A DNA stretch of 64,000 nucleotides, taken from contig CAVSHR010000002.1 in assembly GCA_963727625.1 (NCBI GenBank), positions 128,001-192,000 of the forward strand. The letters are read 5' to 3'. The notes under the pieces are model-generated. The model had not been told where the DNA came from. It did not search any database and saw nothing but the letters and a program-made list of their open reading frames with translations. Position numbers and translations under genes: made by a program. Below, one piece after another: positions 28,935-39,060 of the stretch. Each line of letters starts with the position of its first letter. Positions within the stretch are counted from its first letter, which is position 1. The DNA comes from an uncultured delta proteobacterium (GTDB taxonomy: Bacteria; Desulfobacterota; Binatia; UBA9968).

Positions 28935-29927
28935 TTAATACTTTGCAATCACCCGTTCGCCCCAGGCAGCCATCACCTGATCGTAGACGGCGTTGGGCGG
29001 CGTGAGCAGCACGCGTTTGATGCCGTCGGCTTCGAGCCGCTTCACCTTGGCGATACATTCCGCCGGCGTGCCGGCGATGGTGAAGCGCTCGAGCAGATAG
29101 TCGGTGACGAAATTGGGATTGATGCGCTCTTCGATCGGTTTCGAAATGTCGAAGTTTTCCATGAAGCGTTTGACGCCCGCCGCTTCGCCTTCCGGAACGG
29201 TTTCCATGGTGAAGCGAAAGTTGTGGTGCGCGCGGTTGGCCATGCGCGAGCGCACGCGCCGGCGCGCCAGGTCGCCGTCGTCGTCGACCACGATCATGCC
29301 GGCGGGCATGATGTCGATGTCTCCCGACTTGCGCCCTTCCTGCTGCGCCGCTTCGGCGACCCGCTGGCGCGCCCAGTCGGTCACCGCTTTGTCGAAACCG
29401 GTGCCGAGAATGATGCCGTCGCAGGTGCGGCCGGCGACGCGGAGTGTCTTCGGCCCTTCGGCCGAAATGTAAATCGGCGCCGGGCGTTTGCCGGCCTTGA
29501 GCTTGACGTTGCCGCCGGCGCGTTCCTTGCTCTTAGGCACGTCGACGCCGCGGTCGTGGAGCAAATCGCGAATCAGCCGCAAACCTTTTTCAAAATCGAC
29601 AAGCTTGGTTGCCGTGCGGCCGAGACTGTAAACCGGGCCGTCGCCCGTCCCCATGCCGATGATCGCGCGGCCTTCGGAGATTTCGTTCAGCGTCGCAAAA
29701 CTGTTCGCGATAATCGTCGGATCCCGGTAAACGATGTTGGTCACGGCTGTGCTAAGGCGGATTCTCTTTGTGCTGACGGCGCAAAGCGCCATGGCTTGAA
29801 AGGGATCGACGTTGTTCATCTGGCTGTCGGCGAAAAAGATCGCTTCGAAACCGAGTTGCTCGGCGCGTTTGGCGCGCTCCACCGCCGCGCGAACCGTGCG
29901 CGCCGAACTATGCAGACAAAAATTCAT
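28935..29927 (-). CDS. LLM class flavin/F420-dependent oxidoreductase
   Basis: AEQLGFE..FFADS, TAVTN, GRAIIGMGTGD, PIYISAEGPK. Confidence 0.85.
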   Translation of the reverse strand: MNFCLHSSARTVRAAVERAKRAEQLGFEAIFFADSQMNNVDPFQAMALCAVSTKRIRLSTAVTNIVYRDPTIIANSFATLNEISEGRAIIGMGTGDGPVYSLGRTATKLVDFEKGLRLIRDLLHDRGVDVPKSKERAGGNVKLKAGKRPAPIYISAEGPKTLRVAGRTCDGIILGTGFDKAVTDWARQRVAEAAQQEGRKSGDIDIMPAGMIVVDDDGDLARRRVRSRMANRAHHNFRFTMETVPEGEAAGVKRFMENFDISKPIEERINPNFVTDYLLERFTIAGTPAECIAKVKRLEADGIKRVLLTPPNAVYDQVMAAWGERVIAKY

Positions 29928-29954
29928 AACCTCTTCATACTAGCATTGGGCTGT

Positions 29955-30058
29955 TAGTTCAAAACGTTCCAATCGTTCAACCGCTTTGCTCCGTTCAACC
30001 GATCGCCTCGCGATCTCCGTCCATACGATTTGAACTACTTGAACGTCTTGAACATCCT
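29955..30058 (+). repeat. ~100-bp GTTCAA/TTGAAC-rich dispersed element, copy A
   Basis: Near reverse complement of 33022-33128; internal inverted arrangement. Confidence 0.8.
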
Positions 30059-31322
30059 AATTCCCCGATCCAATTTGGCGCGCCTGCCAGCGCACGCAGC
30101 CGTGAATCGCGAAGCCGGAGATCACAAAGCACATGAGACATACTGTAAACGACCAGGCGTAGGAGCCGGTGGCGTCGAAAAGATAACCGCCGATCCACGA
30201 GCCAAAGGCGCTGCCGAGGCCGAAGCTAATTTCCAGAAAACCGAAGATGAGGCCGATTTTGTGACCGGAAAAAATATCGCCGATGACCGCGCCGTAGGTC
30301 GGATTGCCGGCGCTGTGGCCGATGCCGTAGAGCACGATGGTCAAGTAAACCAGCCAGAGCGGCGCGCCGAAGGTCATGGCGATCATGGAGATCACGCCGA
30401 GCGCGGTGACGAAAACGGCGACACCGTACGCCTTGCTTCGTCCCAACCGGTCGGAGACCGAGCCCCAAATAATCGTTGCGCCGATGCGGATAAAACCGAT
30501 CAGGCCAAAATAAAAAGATGCGGCGAGTTTCTCATAGCCGACCGCCACGAAGTGGGCGATGGCGTGGGTATTGATCATGAACAGCGCCGTGCCGAGCGCC
30601 AAGTGACCGACGGTGATGCACCAGAACGGAAAAGAGCGTGCCGCCTCGCCAAGGGTCCAGTCGCGCGCCGCCTTGTGTTTTGCGGCATGGCGTCCCGCTG
30701 TTTCCGCTGCCGGCTTATCGTCGCCGTCGGGAAATTGGCCGATGTCCTGAGGCGCGCGCCGTTGAAAAAGCGCGTTGGCCGGCACCAAGAGGAATAGCAA
30801 CAAGCTGCCGGTTGCGATATAAGTCCAGCGCCAGCCCATGGCGCTGATCAGCAACTGTGTGGCCGGGACCATCACCAGCGCGCCTAATCCTTGCCCCATG
30901 GAGGCGATACCGATAGCGGTGGCGCGCCGGCGCACAAACCAATACGAAATGAGCGCATTGTGGCCGACGAAGCCTAGCGCTCCCTGCCCCAGCGCGGTGA
31001 CGACGCCGTAGGAGAAATAGAGCCCCAACAGAGAGCTGGAAAAGGACGACAGGAATAGGCCGACGCCGACCAGAGCGGCGCCCACCGGCATGAGCAAGCG
31101 CGGGCCGAGACGATCGAACGCCAACCCTACCATCGGCGATGCCAGTGCGTAGACGATGAAGTTAATCGAAGCGATCGAGGCGCCGTCGCTGCGCGACCAG
31201 GAAAACTCCTCCAACAGGGCCAGGTAATAAACGCCGAAAGAGCCGGTGACGCCGCGCATCACCACCATGTTGATGAAACACAGGGCGAGGATAACGTAGC
31301 CATAGAAAAACTTGGGACGCAT
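30057..31322 (-). CDS. MFS transporter (OFA/MCT-like)
   Basis: FFYGY start, DRLGPR, WFVRRRATAIG, SDRLGR. Confidence 0.9.
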   Translation of the reverse strand: MRPKFFYGYVILALCFINMVVMRGVTGSFGVYYLALLEEFSWSRSDGASIASINFIVYALASPMVGLAFDRLGPRLLMPVGAALVGVGLFLSSFSSSLLGLYFSYGVVTALGQGALGFVGHNALISYWFVRRRATAIGIASMGQGLGALVMVPATQLLISAMGWRWTYIATGSLLLFLLVPANALFQRRAPQDIGQFPDGDDKPAAETAGRHAAKHKAARDWTLGEAARSFPFWCITVGHLALGTALFMINTHAIAHFVAVGYEKLAASFYFGLIGFIRIGATIIWGSVSDRLGRSKAYGVAVFVTALGVISMIAMTFGAPLWLVYLTIVLYGIGHSAGNPTYGAVIGDIFSGHKIGLIFGFLEISFGLGSAFGSWIGGYLFDATGSYAWSFTVCLMCFVISGFAIHGCVRWQARQIGSGN

Positions 31323-31330
31323 GAACGGAA

Positions 31331-31402
31331 TTGGAGTGTTGGAGTAATCGAGTATGGGGGTGTTGGATTTTAAACCATTACTCCATCATTCCAGTACTCC
31401 AA
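31331..31402. repeat. 8-nt-period palindromic repeat (GGAGTAAT / TTACTCCA)
   Basis: ttggagtgttggagtaatcgagtatg ... cattactccatcattccagtactccaa. Confidence 0.7.
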
Positions 31403-31417
31403 CGATGTCTTTGGTGT

Positions 31418-31978
31418 TTACCTTGCTTCCGCCGCTTTGATGTCTTTGATTTTGACGTCGAAGTTCAGAGTCTTTCCGGCCAGCGGGTGGTTGAAATCGA
31501 CGACGATGGTTTTTTCCTTGACCTCATGCACGCGGATCGGCACGGTGCGACCGTCCTGTGTCTTGGTCATCAACATGACGCCGGGCTTTTGCGCGTCGGC
31601 GGGAATCATCTCGCGGGGGACTTCTTGGAACGCCTTCTCATTCGGCCGGCCGTAACCGTCTTCCGGTTTCACCCGCACTTTTTTCTCGTCGCCGACTTTC
31701 AAGCCGTTCAACGCTTGTTCGAGACCTTTGACGATCTGTCCGGCCCCTTGGATGAAAGTGAGTGGTTCCTTGCCGACATTGGTGTCGAGAATCTTGCCGG
31801 TGTCGTCGGTAAGCGTGTACTCGATGGAGACGATGGAGCCTTCTTGGATATTCGAGCTGGGTTTCAACGTAATCGCCTGGGACGCCGGGCCTCCACCGAC
31901 GCGGGCGAGGCTGGAAAGGAAAAATAGCGCGGCTAAAACCGCGCCGCTCATGATCAACAAACCCAAAAGTTTTTTCAC
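31418..31978 (-). CDS. FKBP-type peptidyl-prolyl isomerase (SlyD-like, exported)
   Basis: EYTLTD, IVKGLE, PEDGYG, DFNHPLAGKTLNF; GTG start. Confidence 0.9.
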   Translation of the reverse strand: MKKLLGLLIMSGAVLAALFFLSSLARVGGGPASQAITLKPSSNIQEGSIVSIEYTLTDDTGKILDTNVGKEPLTFIQGAGQIVKGLEQALNGLKVGDEKKVRVKPEDGYGRPNEKAFQEVPREMIPADAQKPGVMLMTKTQDGRTVPIRVHEVKEKTIVVDFNHPLAGKTLNFDVKIKDIKAAEAR

Positions 31979-32156
31979 GGATTCCTCGGAAGAAATTTAG
32001 TTAACGCCGGGATTCCGCGTCAACATATATTGGCGACGCCGTGAATACAACTGACTTATTAACGGCTACCCAAAGAGATTTTCAAAGCGCCAGTATCATG
32101 CCGCAGTGCGCTGTGCTAAGAGATCGAAGCACAAAAGAACAAACGACATCCTGATC

Positions 32157-33017
32157 ATGAGCAGCGAGCTTTGGGCGATCATTTCGGCGGCGGCGTGGGC
32201 GGTGGATTCGATCCTCGTGCGCAAGGGCACGGCGTTTTCCAACCCTTCGACGGCGGCGTTCATCAGCTTCGTCGTCAACGTCACGATTCTGGTTCCCTAC
32301 GTTTTCTATCACTACCCCCTGGAAAAGATTTTTCAGCCGGCAAACTTGTTCTTCATCGTGACCGGTATCATCCAGCCGGCGATCGTGCGCGTGATGTTCT
32401 ACATCGGCATCGTTCGTCTCGGTGTCTCGCGTGCTGGACCGATCCGCGGCACCTCGCCTTTTTTTTCCGTGGCGATCGCTTTTTTTCTTTTTCATGACCG
32501 GCCGGGTTTGATCGTTTATCTGGGCGGAATCTTGACTGTGGCCGGCACCTGGCTGGTTTCTTACAAACGGGCGGGGGAGGCGAAATGGCGCCCGCTCGAT
32601 CTCTTATTTCCGTTGGGCGCGGCGATGCTCGCGTCGGTGTCGCAGAATATCCGCAAAATGGGGCTCAACAGCACCAATGAGCCGATCATTGCGGCGGCGA
32701 TCTCGACGGCAACGTCGCTGCTCTGCCTGCTTGGCTCGCTGGTATTTTCCAAAAAAAGCCGAGCGCTGCAGCTCAACCGGCAATGCCTGCCCTATTACGG
32801 CGGCGCGGCGGTGTGCGCGCTGGTCGGTCAATTGTCCACCTTCGTGGCGCTCAACGGCGGTCAAATCTCCGTCGTCGCGCCACTTAACAGTACTTCGCCA
32901 TTGTTCGTCATCGCTCTCACCGCGCTGTTTCTGCGCGGCGAGGAGAAGGTCAATACCGCTGTGGTGATCGGAGTGATCCTGCTCGTCGGGGGAATCGCGG
33001 CGATCACGGGGCGGTAG
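32157..33017 (+). CDS. DMT/EamA family transporter
   Basis: About 10 TM segments, two EamA-like halves, GVSRAGPI, SVVAPL. Confidence 0.85.
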   Translation: MSSELWAIISAAAWAVDSILVRKGTAFSNPSTAAFISFVVNVTILVPYVFYHYPLEKIFQPANLFFIVTGIIQPAIVRVMFYIGIVRLGVSRAGPIRGTSPFFSVAIAFFLFHDRPGLIVYLGGILTVAGTWLVSYKRAGEAKWRPLDLLFPLGAAMLASVSQNIRKMGLNSTNEPIIAAAISTATSLLCLLGSLVFSKKSRALQLNRQCLPYYGGAAVCALVGQLSTFVALNGGQISVVAPLNSTSPLFVIALTALFLRGEEKVNTAVVIGVILLVGGIAAITGR

Positions 33018-33021
33018 GGTT

Positions 33022-33128
33022 CCTAGGACGTTCAAAAGGTTCAAGCCGTTCAAATAGTTCAAATCGTTTGAACGGAGATCGCGAAGCGATTGGTTGAACG
33101 GAGCGCAGCGGTTGAACGTTTTGAACTC
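33022..33128 (-). repeat. ~100-bp GTTCAA/TTGAAC-rich dispersed element, copy B
   Basis: Inverted copy of 29955-30058; lies between convergent genes. Confidence 0.8.
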
Positions 33129-33143
33129 GGGATCAGATATCGA

Positions 33144-33572
33144 TCAGGCCGCCGGCTTGAACTTCGGCAGCGTGATGCCGTCGCCGCTGTCCTCGAAAAC
33201 GACTTCCACCGGCATGTCGATGCGGACTTTATCGATGGGGCAGCCGATCACATTGCTGCAAAAGCGCGGCCCGTCGTCGAGGTCGACCCAGGCCGTTACA
33301 TAGGGAATGTCCGGCGCGAAGCCGCGCAGCGCGGTGCCGACCACTTCTCGGATGATGGTGAAGCAAAAGATTTTGCCCTTGCCGCTCACCGGCACCCAGT
33401 CGAGTTTTTCGCTGGCGCAATCGCCGCACACCGGGCGCGGCGGGAACACCCAGGTGCTGCAGTTGCCGCACTTTTGCATCATCAGCTTGCCGGCCTTGGC
33501 GCCGTCCCAGAAGGGCTGATTGACGGGGGTGATTTCAGGGAGAGGTTTTTTGATTGATTTTTCTTCTGCCAT
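33144..33572 (-). CDS. Zn-ribbon/OB-fold DUF35 protein
   Basis: PFWDG, CGNC...PPRPVCGDC, PYVTAWVDL, MPVEVVF. Confidence 0.9.
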   Translation of the reverse strand: MAEEKSIKKPLPEITPVNQPFWDGAKAGKLMMQKCGNCSTWVFPPRPVCGDCASEKLDWVPVSGKGKIFCFTIIREVVGTALRGFAPDIPYVTAWVDLDDGPRFCSNVIGCPIDKVRIDMPVEVVFEDSGDGITLPKFKPAA

Positions 33573-33620
33573 ATTTTCTCGCCTTTCAGATGTTCAAGAG
33601 AATGAGTGTATAAGACTTTA

Positions 33621-33690
33621 TCTCGCCAAGACGCCAAGACGCTAAGTTCGAAGTCATTATACCTTGGCGCCTTTGCGTCTTTGCGTGAGA
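33621..33690. repeat. 8-nt-period palindromic repeat (CGCCAAGA / TCTTTGCG)
   Basis: tctcgccaagacgccaagacgctaag ... cttggcgcctttgcgtctttgcgtgaga. Confidence 0.75.
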
Positions 33691-33710
33691 TATGCCGAAA
33701 TTCCCTGCCG

Positions 33711-34904
33711 CTAAGCTTCGCTTCCCAAGATCGCCGCGGCGGTGCAGCCGAAGTTCTTGCCGTAGTTGACCGCGCCGACGCCGGTGGAAATGCCGAATTT
33801 GATGTTCGGCACCTGCCGTTCGCCGCATTCACCGCGAATCTGGCGCACGGTTTCGATGACATGCAGCATGCCGCCGGTGGTCGATGGTTGGCCGCAGTTG
33901 ATCATGCCGCCGCTGGTCTGGATCGGCAGGTCGCCTTTGAATGTGAAATCGGTCTTCTCGAAAAATGCCTTGTCATTTCTCCCGCAGAAGCCGAGATCCT
34001 CGATCTGGATCATCACGACGGGGATATAGTCGTCGTAAAGATTCAAGCAGCGGATATCCTTATGCGCGACGCTGGACATTTCAAAGGCGCGCTTGCCGGC
34101 TTGGGTTATTCCCGTGATCAGCGGGTTGGCGCGATAGCGCGGACCAAAGCTCGCGTTGTTACATTCGCCCCATCCGAGCAGATAGACCGGCGGCTTGCGC
34201 ATTGATTTGGCGCGCTCGGCCGACGTCATGATATAGGCTTTGCCGCCGTTGGCGGGCATGACGCAATCGAACAGGCGAATCGGATCGGAGATCATGCGCG
34301 ACTTTTTGTAGTCTTCGATGGTGATCGGCTTGCGAAGATACGCATTGGGATTGAGCGAGGCGTGATACCGGCCGGTGACGGCGATCTTGCCGAAGTGCTC
34401 GTCGGTCATGCCTGACTCGTGCATGTAGCGGCTCATCACGAAAGAAATCTTGCAATTGGGTCCCATGACGCCGAAAGGCATTTCATAGTCGCGGGTGTCG
34501 GCGTGGGCGCCGCGGTGACCGCCGCGTTCGCTGAATGGCGCGGCTGCGGCGATGACCAGCACGAGGTCGCAAAGTCCCGCAGTAATCGCGGCGGCCGCGT
34601 GGCCGAGCAGCGACACCGAGCTGGCGCCGCCATTGCCGCCGGCGAGTGAAACTCCCGGCGTGATGCCGAGAATCGCCGCCACTTCCTCGGGCCAGAAGGG
34701 TTGTGAATGATTGGTCGTATAAATCGCCGCGAGTCCCTGGCCGTCGAAGTCCTTCTTGCTCAAACCCGCGTCTGCCATCGCCAGCCGCGCCGCCCAGGCG
34801 AGATATTCCGCCGTCGATTTTCGCGCCTCGCCCGGCTTGCTGCCGAGCCGATCGGTCGGCGTCTCACCGATGCCGACGACCGCAGTTTTTCCTCGTATGC
34901 TCAT
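33711..34904 (-). CDS. Thiolase-family protein (SCP2/Ltp2-like)
   Basis: AVVGIGET, HASLNPNA, PIRLFDC, NLYDDY, TSGGMI; followed by DUF35. Confidence 0.85.
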   Translation of the reverse strand: MSIRGKTAVVGIGETPTDRLGSKPGEARKSTAEYLAWAARLAMADAGLSKKDFDGQGLAAIYTTNHSQPFWPEEVAAILGITPGVSLAGGNGGASSVSLLGHAAAAITAGLCDLVLVIAAAAPFSERGGHRGAHADTRDYEMPFGVMGPNCKISFVMSRYMHESGMTDEHFGKIAVTGRYHASLNPNAYLRKPITIEDYKKSRMISDPIRLFDCVMPANGGKAYIMTSAERAKSMRKPPVYLLGWGECNNASFGPRYRANPLITGITQAGKRAFEMSSVAHKDIRCLNLYDDYIPVVMIQIEDLGFCGRNDKAFFEKTDFTFKGDLPIQTSGGMINCGQPSTTGGMLHVIETVRQIRGECGERQVPNIKFGISTGVGAVNYGKNFGCTAAAILGSEA

Positions 34905-34935
34905 ATTTGAGATCCTCTCTCTACAACGATGCGTA

Positions 34936-35081
34936 AATTCGAATTTCGAATATCGAAATCCGAAAAATAAAACAAAATGCCAAATTCTAAAAACGAAGTC
35001 CGCCGATTTCGTTTGGAACTTGAGGATTGTGTTTCTGCTCAATTGATATTGTTTCGAGCTTCGGATTTCGAGTTTCGAATT
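34936..35081. repeat. 7-nt-period palindromic repeat (TTTCGAA-type)
   Basis: aattcgaatttcgaatatcgaaatccgaa ... ttcggatttcgagtttcgaatt. Confidence 0.75.
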
Positions 35082-35235
35082 GTCCTCCATCGAGAGATAT
35101 TTCAGCCCAGCCGGACTGTCAAGCGATCGATGCACGATACATTCCGATTGACAGCGCGTAGGCCGAGGTGGGATAACCGCGGCACACAACAGACCGGCTG
35201 ACGCTGTTTAGGCTGGCAACATAGACTGATTATCC

Positions 35236-35274
35236 AAGGGCCCTAACGGTCTCATTCCGTTGGGCCCTTTTTTT
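35236..35274 (+). terminator. Rho-independent terminator
   Basis: AAGGGCCCTAACGG-tctcatt-CCGTTGGGCCCTT followed by T-run. Confidence 0.8.
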
Positions 35275-35668
35275 GTCGATGTCGATGATCATCGCGCCGA
35301 GCAAAAAGGGATGAATCAATATGGAGACATCCTGTATCAATTCCACTCCCTGCCACTTGTGCGACCTCATTTGTCGGATCTCGTGAGTCACGGAATGCTC
35401 AGCATATTCACCGCTATTGTCAGGAGAAGAACAGACCTGGCTGATGGCACTGTTCGTGCTTCCTTGGTTATGGATGCCCTATTCTGAATTGACCTCAAAT
35501 CGTCTGTTGGTCGTTCGGCAAGAAGTTGATTGAAGAACAGGCGGCCGAGTGTACGCGGGTGGGTGATCTCAACCAGCAAAGCAGAATCCCCGAGACAATC
35601 CACGGCATACAAATTGGCAAGAGCGTACGAAGTCAATCGAAGAGGCGCGAGAGGGGAAGCAGTCCAGA

Positions 35669-36667
35669 ATGAATTCAATTGCTAGATTAGTATTTTTCGG
35701 GCTACCGACAATTGCCTTCCTGACTGTTCTTTCTACCGCCGAGGCGCAGCAGCCGAACAAAGTCCCGCGGATAGGGTATCTATCTTCGTTCGATCCAGCT
35801 AGTAACTTCGCTCGTCCCGAGGCCATTCGGCTGGCTCTGCGCGAGCTTGACTACATAGTAGGACAGAACATCGTCTTTGAGTACCGATACGCGGAGGGAA
35901 AGCTCGATCGTTACCCTGAGCTTGCGGCCGAGCTGGTGCGTCTCAAGGTCGATATCATCGTGGTAGCAGGAGGGGCCAGGACGGTCCGGGCGGCCAAGAA
36001 TGCGACCAAGACGATTCCCATCGTTATGGTGGGCCAAGGCGTCGATCCTGTCGAGGCCGGCCTAGTTGACAGCCTTGCCCGTCCGGGCGGCAACGTCACC
36101 GGCCTTACAAACCTTGGCCCAGAACTAGGCGGTAAGCGGCTGGAGCTGCTCAAAGAAGCCGTTCCTAAACTTGCCCGTGTCGCGGTTCTCTATGCTCCGG
36201 CCAGTCGTAGCAGTGCACGCACTATGAGGGCTCTGCCAATCGCGGCGCGTGCGCTGAAGTTGACTCTTCAACCTTGGGAGATACGAGCTGCGGACGGTTT
36301 CGAGAAGGTATTCGCTACGCTAAACAAGCAGCGCCCGGAGGGACTCTACGTACTCGGGGCCTCGCTAATAAATGCTAACATAAAACGGACCGTCGGCTTT
36401 GCGTTAAAGAGTCGGCTACCGTCGATGTACCACGCCAGAGAAGGTGTAGTTGCCGGCGGGCTCATGTACTACGGGGCGGACTTCGCGGACAACTACCAAC
36501 GCGTCGCATATTATGTGGACAAGATCCTCAGGGGAGCCAAGCCCGCCGATTTGCCGGTCGAGCAACCGACAAAATTCGAGCTGATCATCAATCTGAAAAC
36601 CGCCCAACAGATCGGTCTGACGATCCCGCCCAACCTGCTGGCGAGAGCGGACAAGGTGATCAAATGA
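35669..36667 (+). CDS. ABC transporter substrate-binding protein (PF04392/TrpX-like), paralogue 1
   Basis: AQQP..PRIG, AAELVRLKVDII, SLARPGGNVTG, KRLELLKE, YVDKILRGAKPADLPVEQPTKFEL. Confidence 0.9.
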   Translation: MNSIARLVFFGLPTIAFLTVLSTAEAQQPNKVPRIGYLSSFDPASNFARPEAIRLALRELDYIVGQNIVFEYRYAEGKLDRYPELAAELVRLKVDIIVVAGGARTVRAAKNATKTIPIVMVGQGVDPVEAGLVDSLARPGGNVTGLTNLGPELGGKRLELLKEAVPKLARVAVLYAPASRSSARTMRALPIAARALKLTLQPWEIRAADGFEKVFATLNKQRPEGLYVLGASLINANIKRTVGFALKSRLPSMYHAREGVVAGGLMYYGADFADNYQRVAYYVDKILRGAKPADLPVEQPTKFELIINLKTAQQIGLTIPPNLLARADKVIK

Positions 36668-36714
36668 AACAGTTTTGGATTTTCAATTGCCGATTTTGGA
36701 TTAGGGAAAAATAC

Positions 36715-37788
36715 ATGAAAAAACTATTGCGGATTCGATTGTGCTGTTCTCAATCCGACAATCCAAAACCTGTGGTGAGCAGGGTCGAACCATCGGCAAT
36801 CCAAAATCGAAAATGGGTGGGGATCTTCGCTATCGCCCTCACATTCGCCTTGGGTGGGGCGGTGGCCCCGGCGCAGCAGCCGGCGAAAATTCACCGGATA
36901 GGAATTCTGAGCCCGTCCTCCGGGTCCGTCTTCCCGGCCCGGGTCGAAGCATTTCGCCAACGGCTGCGCCATCTTGGCTATGTCGAAGGAAAGAACATCG
37001 CCTTCGAGTACCGATATGCGGAAGGGAAACGCGGACGGCTGCCTGGCCTTGTCGCCGAACTGGTCCGTCTTAAAGTTGATGTTATCGTCACCGTGGGGAC
37101 GCCGGGAGCCGAAGCTGCCAAGAAGGCGAGCGGGACAATTCCGATCGTATTCGCCGGTGCTTCCGATCCAGTAGGAACTGGGATTGTCTCCAGCCTGGCA
37201 CGACCAGGCGCGAATATCACCGGACTTAGCCTCATGGTACCGGATCTAGATGGCAAACGATTGGAACTGCTCAAGGAAGCCTTTCCCAAGGTTGCCCGGG
37301 TGGCCTTCCTCTGGCAACCGGGTGGCGCGGGGGGAAACCTGCGTCTCACAGATATGGAGGCCGCGGCCAAGGCGTTGGAACTCAAACTTCTATCGCTGGA
37401 GGTGCGAAGTCTTGACGATTTTGAGGGCGCATTCGCACGAGCGAAAGGGGAAGGCGCCCAGGCGCTCATTACGACCACAGGTGATCTTATCAATACTCAA
37501 CAACGTCAAGTCTTGGACTTCGCGGCAAAGAACCGGCTGCCGGCGATGTACCACTACAGTGAGTTTGTTGAGACCGGTGGCTTGATGAGCTACGGGCCAG
37601 ACAATAAGGACATATGGCGGCGCGCCGCTGACTTTGTCGATAAGATCCTCAAGGGCACCAAACCGGGTGACTTGCCAGTGCAGCAGGCGACAAAGTTCGA
37701 GCTGGTAATCAATCTCAAGACTGCGAAACAGATCGATCTGACGATCCCGCAGAGTCTGTTGGCGCGGGCGGATAGGGTGATCAAATGA
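36715..37788 (+). CDS. ABC substrate-binding protein (PF04392-like), paralogue 2
   Basis: Same motifs; N-terminus extended through AATCCAA-type repeats, start uncertain. Confidence 0.85.
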   Translation: MKKLLRIRLCCSQSDNPKPVVSRVEPSAIQNRKWVGIFAIALTFALGGAVAPAQQPAKIHRIGILSPSSGSVFPARVEAFRQRLRHLGYVEGKNIAFEYRYAEGKRGRLPGLVAELVRLKVDVIVTVGTPGAEAAKKASGTIPIVFAGASDPVGTGIVSSLARPGANITGLSLMVPDLDGKRLELLKEAFPKVARVAFLWQPGGAGGNLRLTDMEAAAKALELKLLSLEVRSLDDFEGAFARAKGEGAQALITTTGDLINTQQRQVLDFAAKNRLPAMYHYSEFVETGGLMSYGPDNKDIWRRAADFVDKILKGTKPGDLPVQQATKFELVINLKTAKQIDLTIPQSLLARADRVIK

Positions 37789-37829
37789 ATCTTCGATTAT
37801 CGACCGGTAAAGTTAATGAGGTACAAAGC

Positions 37830-38805
37830 ATGACCACAAAAATTCTTGTCTTCCTGTTTGCTTCTGCAATTCTGCTGTCCCATGAACCAAGCCAAGCCCA
37901 ACAGCCGAAGCAAATCCAGCGCGTCGGTTTGTTCCATGTGGGCTTGGACCACGTTCCGCCGTCGTTTCCTGCTCTCCGCGCAGCGCTCAAAGAACTAGGC
38001 TACGAGGAGGGGAAAAATATCCATCTGGATTGGCGCAACTTGCCGGATGACGAAGCGGCCCTTGCCACCGCTAGAGAATTTGCCCGCCAACCCGTCGATC
38101 TGATCGTCGCCTTTGAGGACCAAACGATTCGCGCCGCCAAGGCGGCCACTACTGAGGTTCCAGTCTTGTTTCTCCACGCGAATGCTCCTGTGAAGGATGG
38201 CTTTGTGAAAAGTTTTGCCCACCCTGGCGGTAATATGACCGGCTTCGCTGCCTGGCCCGTGTCTAATGGCAAGCAGGTCGAGCTGTTCAAAGAGTTGATT
38301 CCCGATCTCGGGAGTCTGCTCTTGCTGGTCCATCCCGATGATCCTGTCGGGCGACGCTGGCTGCAGGAAGTGCGGCAAGCCGGTAAAGCGCTGAAACTTC
38401 GTTTGATCGAGCGCAAAGCAACCAATCAAGAGGAAATCGAACGGGCCATCGGTTCGGTAAGGCGAGAAGAAGTGGGTGGAATCCTGGTGCTGTCTCTGAT
38501 CCTCCGCAACAGTTACAGTTCACTTATCACCCGTCTCGCCGCAGACAAGCATCTCCCCTTGGGGATGCACCGTAAAGAATGGGTCGAAGCAGGGCGCGCT
38601 TTTTTCTTATTCGGCGGACCTTGCGTCCGTGGGCCGAGCCGCCGCTCCTTATGTGGATAAAATTCTCAAAGGCACCAAGCCGGCGGACCTTCCGGTCGAA
38701 CAGGTGTCGAGGTTTGAGCTGGTGATCAATCTGCAGTCAGCCCGGAAACTTGGTTTGACGATTCCACAGTCGATTCTGTTTCGGGCAAGCAGGGTGATCA
38801 AATGA
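37830..38805 (+). pseudogene. ABC substrate-binding protein paralogue 3, frameshifted near 38592
   Basis: Removing one G from GCAGGGCGC restores ALFSYSADL...YVDKILKG...RASRVIK*. Confidence 0.8.
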
Positions 38806-39037
38806 AGAAAGGCAACGGCAATTAGAACAACGCAGTCAATCCTCGGCTCGCTCTTTGGGCGATCCTCTTTGCGCTTTGTTTTGCGGCAGAAACGCAGCCT
38901 AAGACAGCCCCACGACGGCTATCCCGGTAGAGCAGCCGACCAAATTCGACTTCATCGTCAATCTGAAAGCCGCCAAGCAGATCGGCCTGACGATCCCGCC
39001 GGGTGTGCTGGTGCGGGCGGACAGAGTAATCCGCTAG
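38802..39037 (+). pseudogene. Internally deleted SBP: signal-peptide region joined to the conserved 3' tail
   Basis: LALWAILFALCFAAETQP then PVEQPTKFDFIVNLKAAKQIGLTIPPGVLVRADRVIR* in another frame. Confidence 0.8.
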
Positions 39038-39060
39038 GCGTGAATGGTGAGGCGTGAGCC

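Noticed and set aside
35280-35668. Small ORFs between the terminator and the first SBP gene
   Set aside because: No motifs, and overlapping alternatives on both strands; probably decayed sequence
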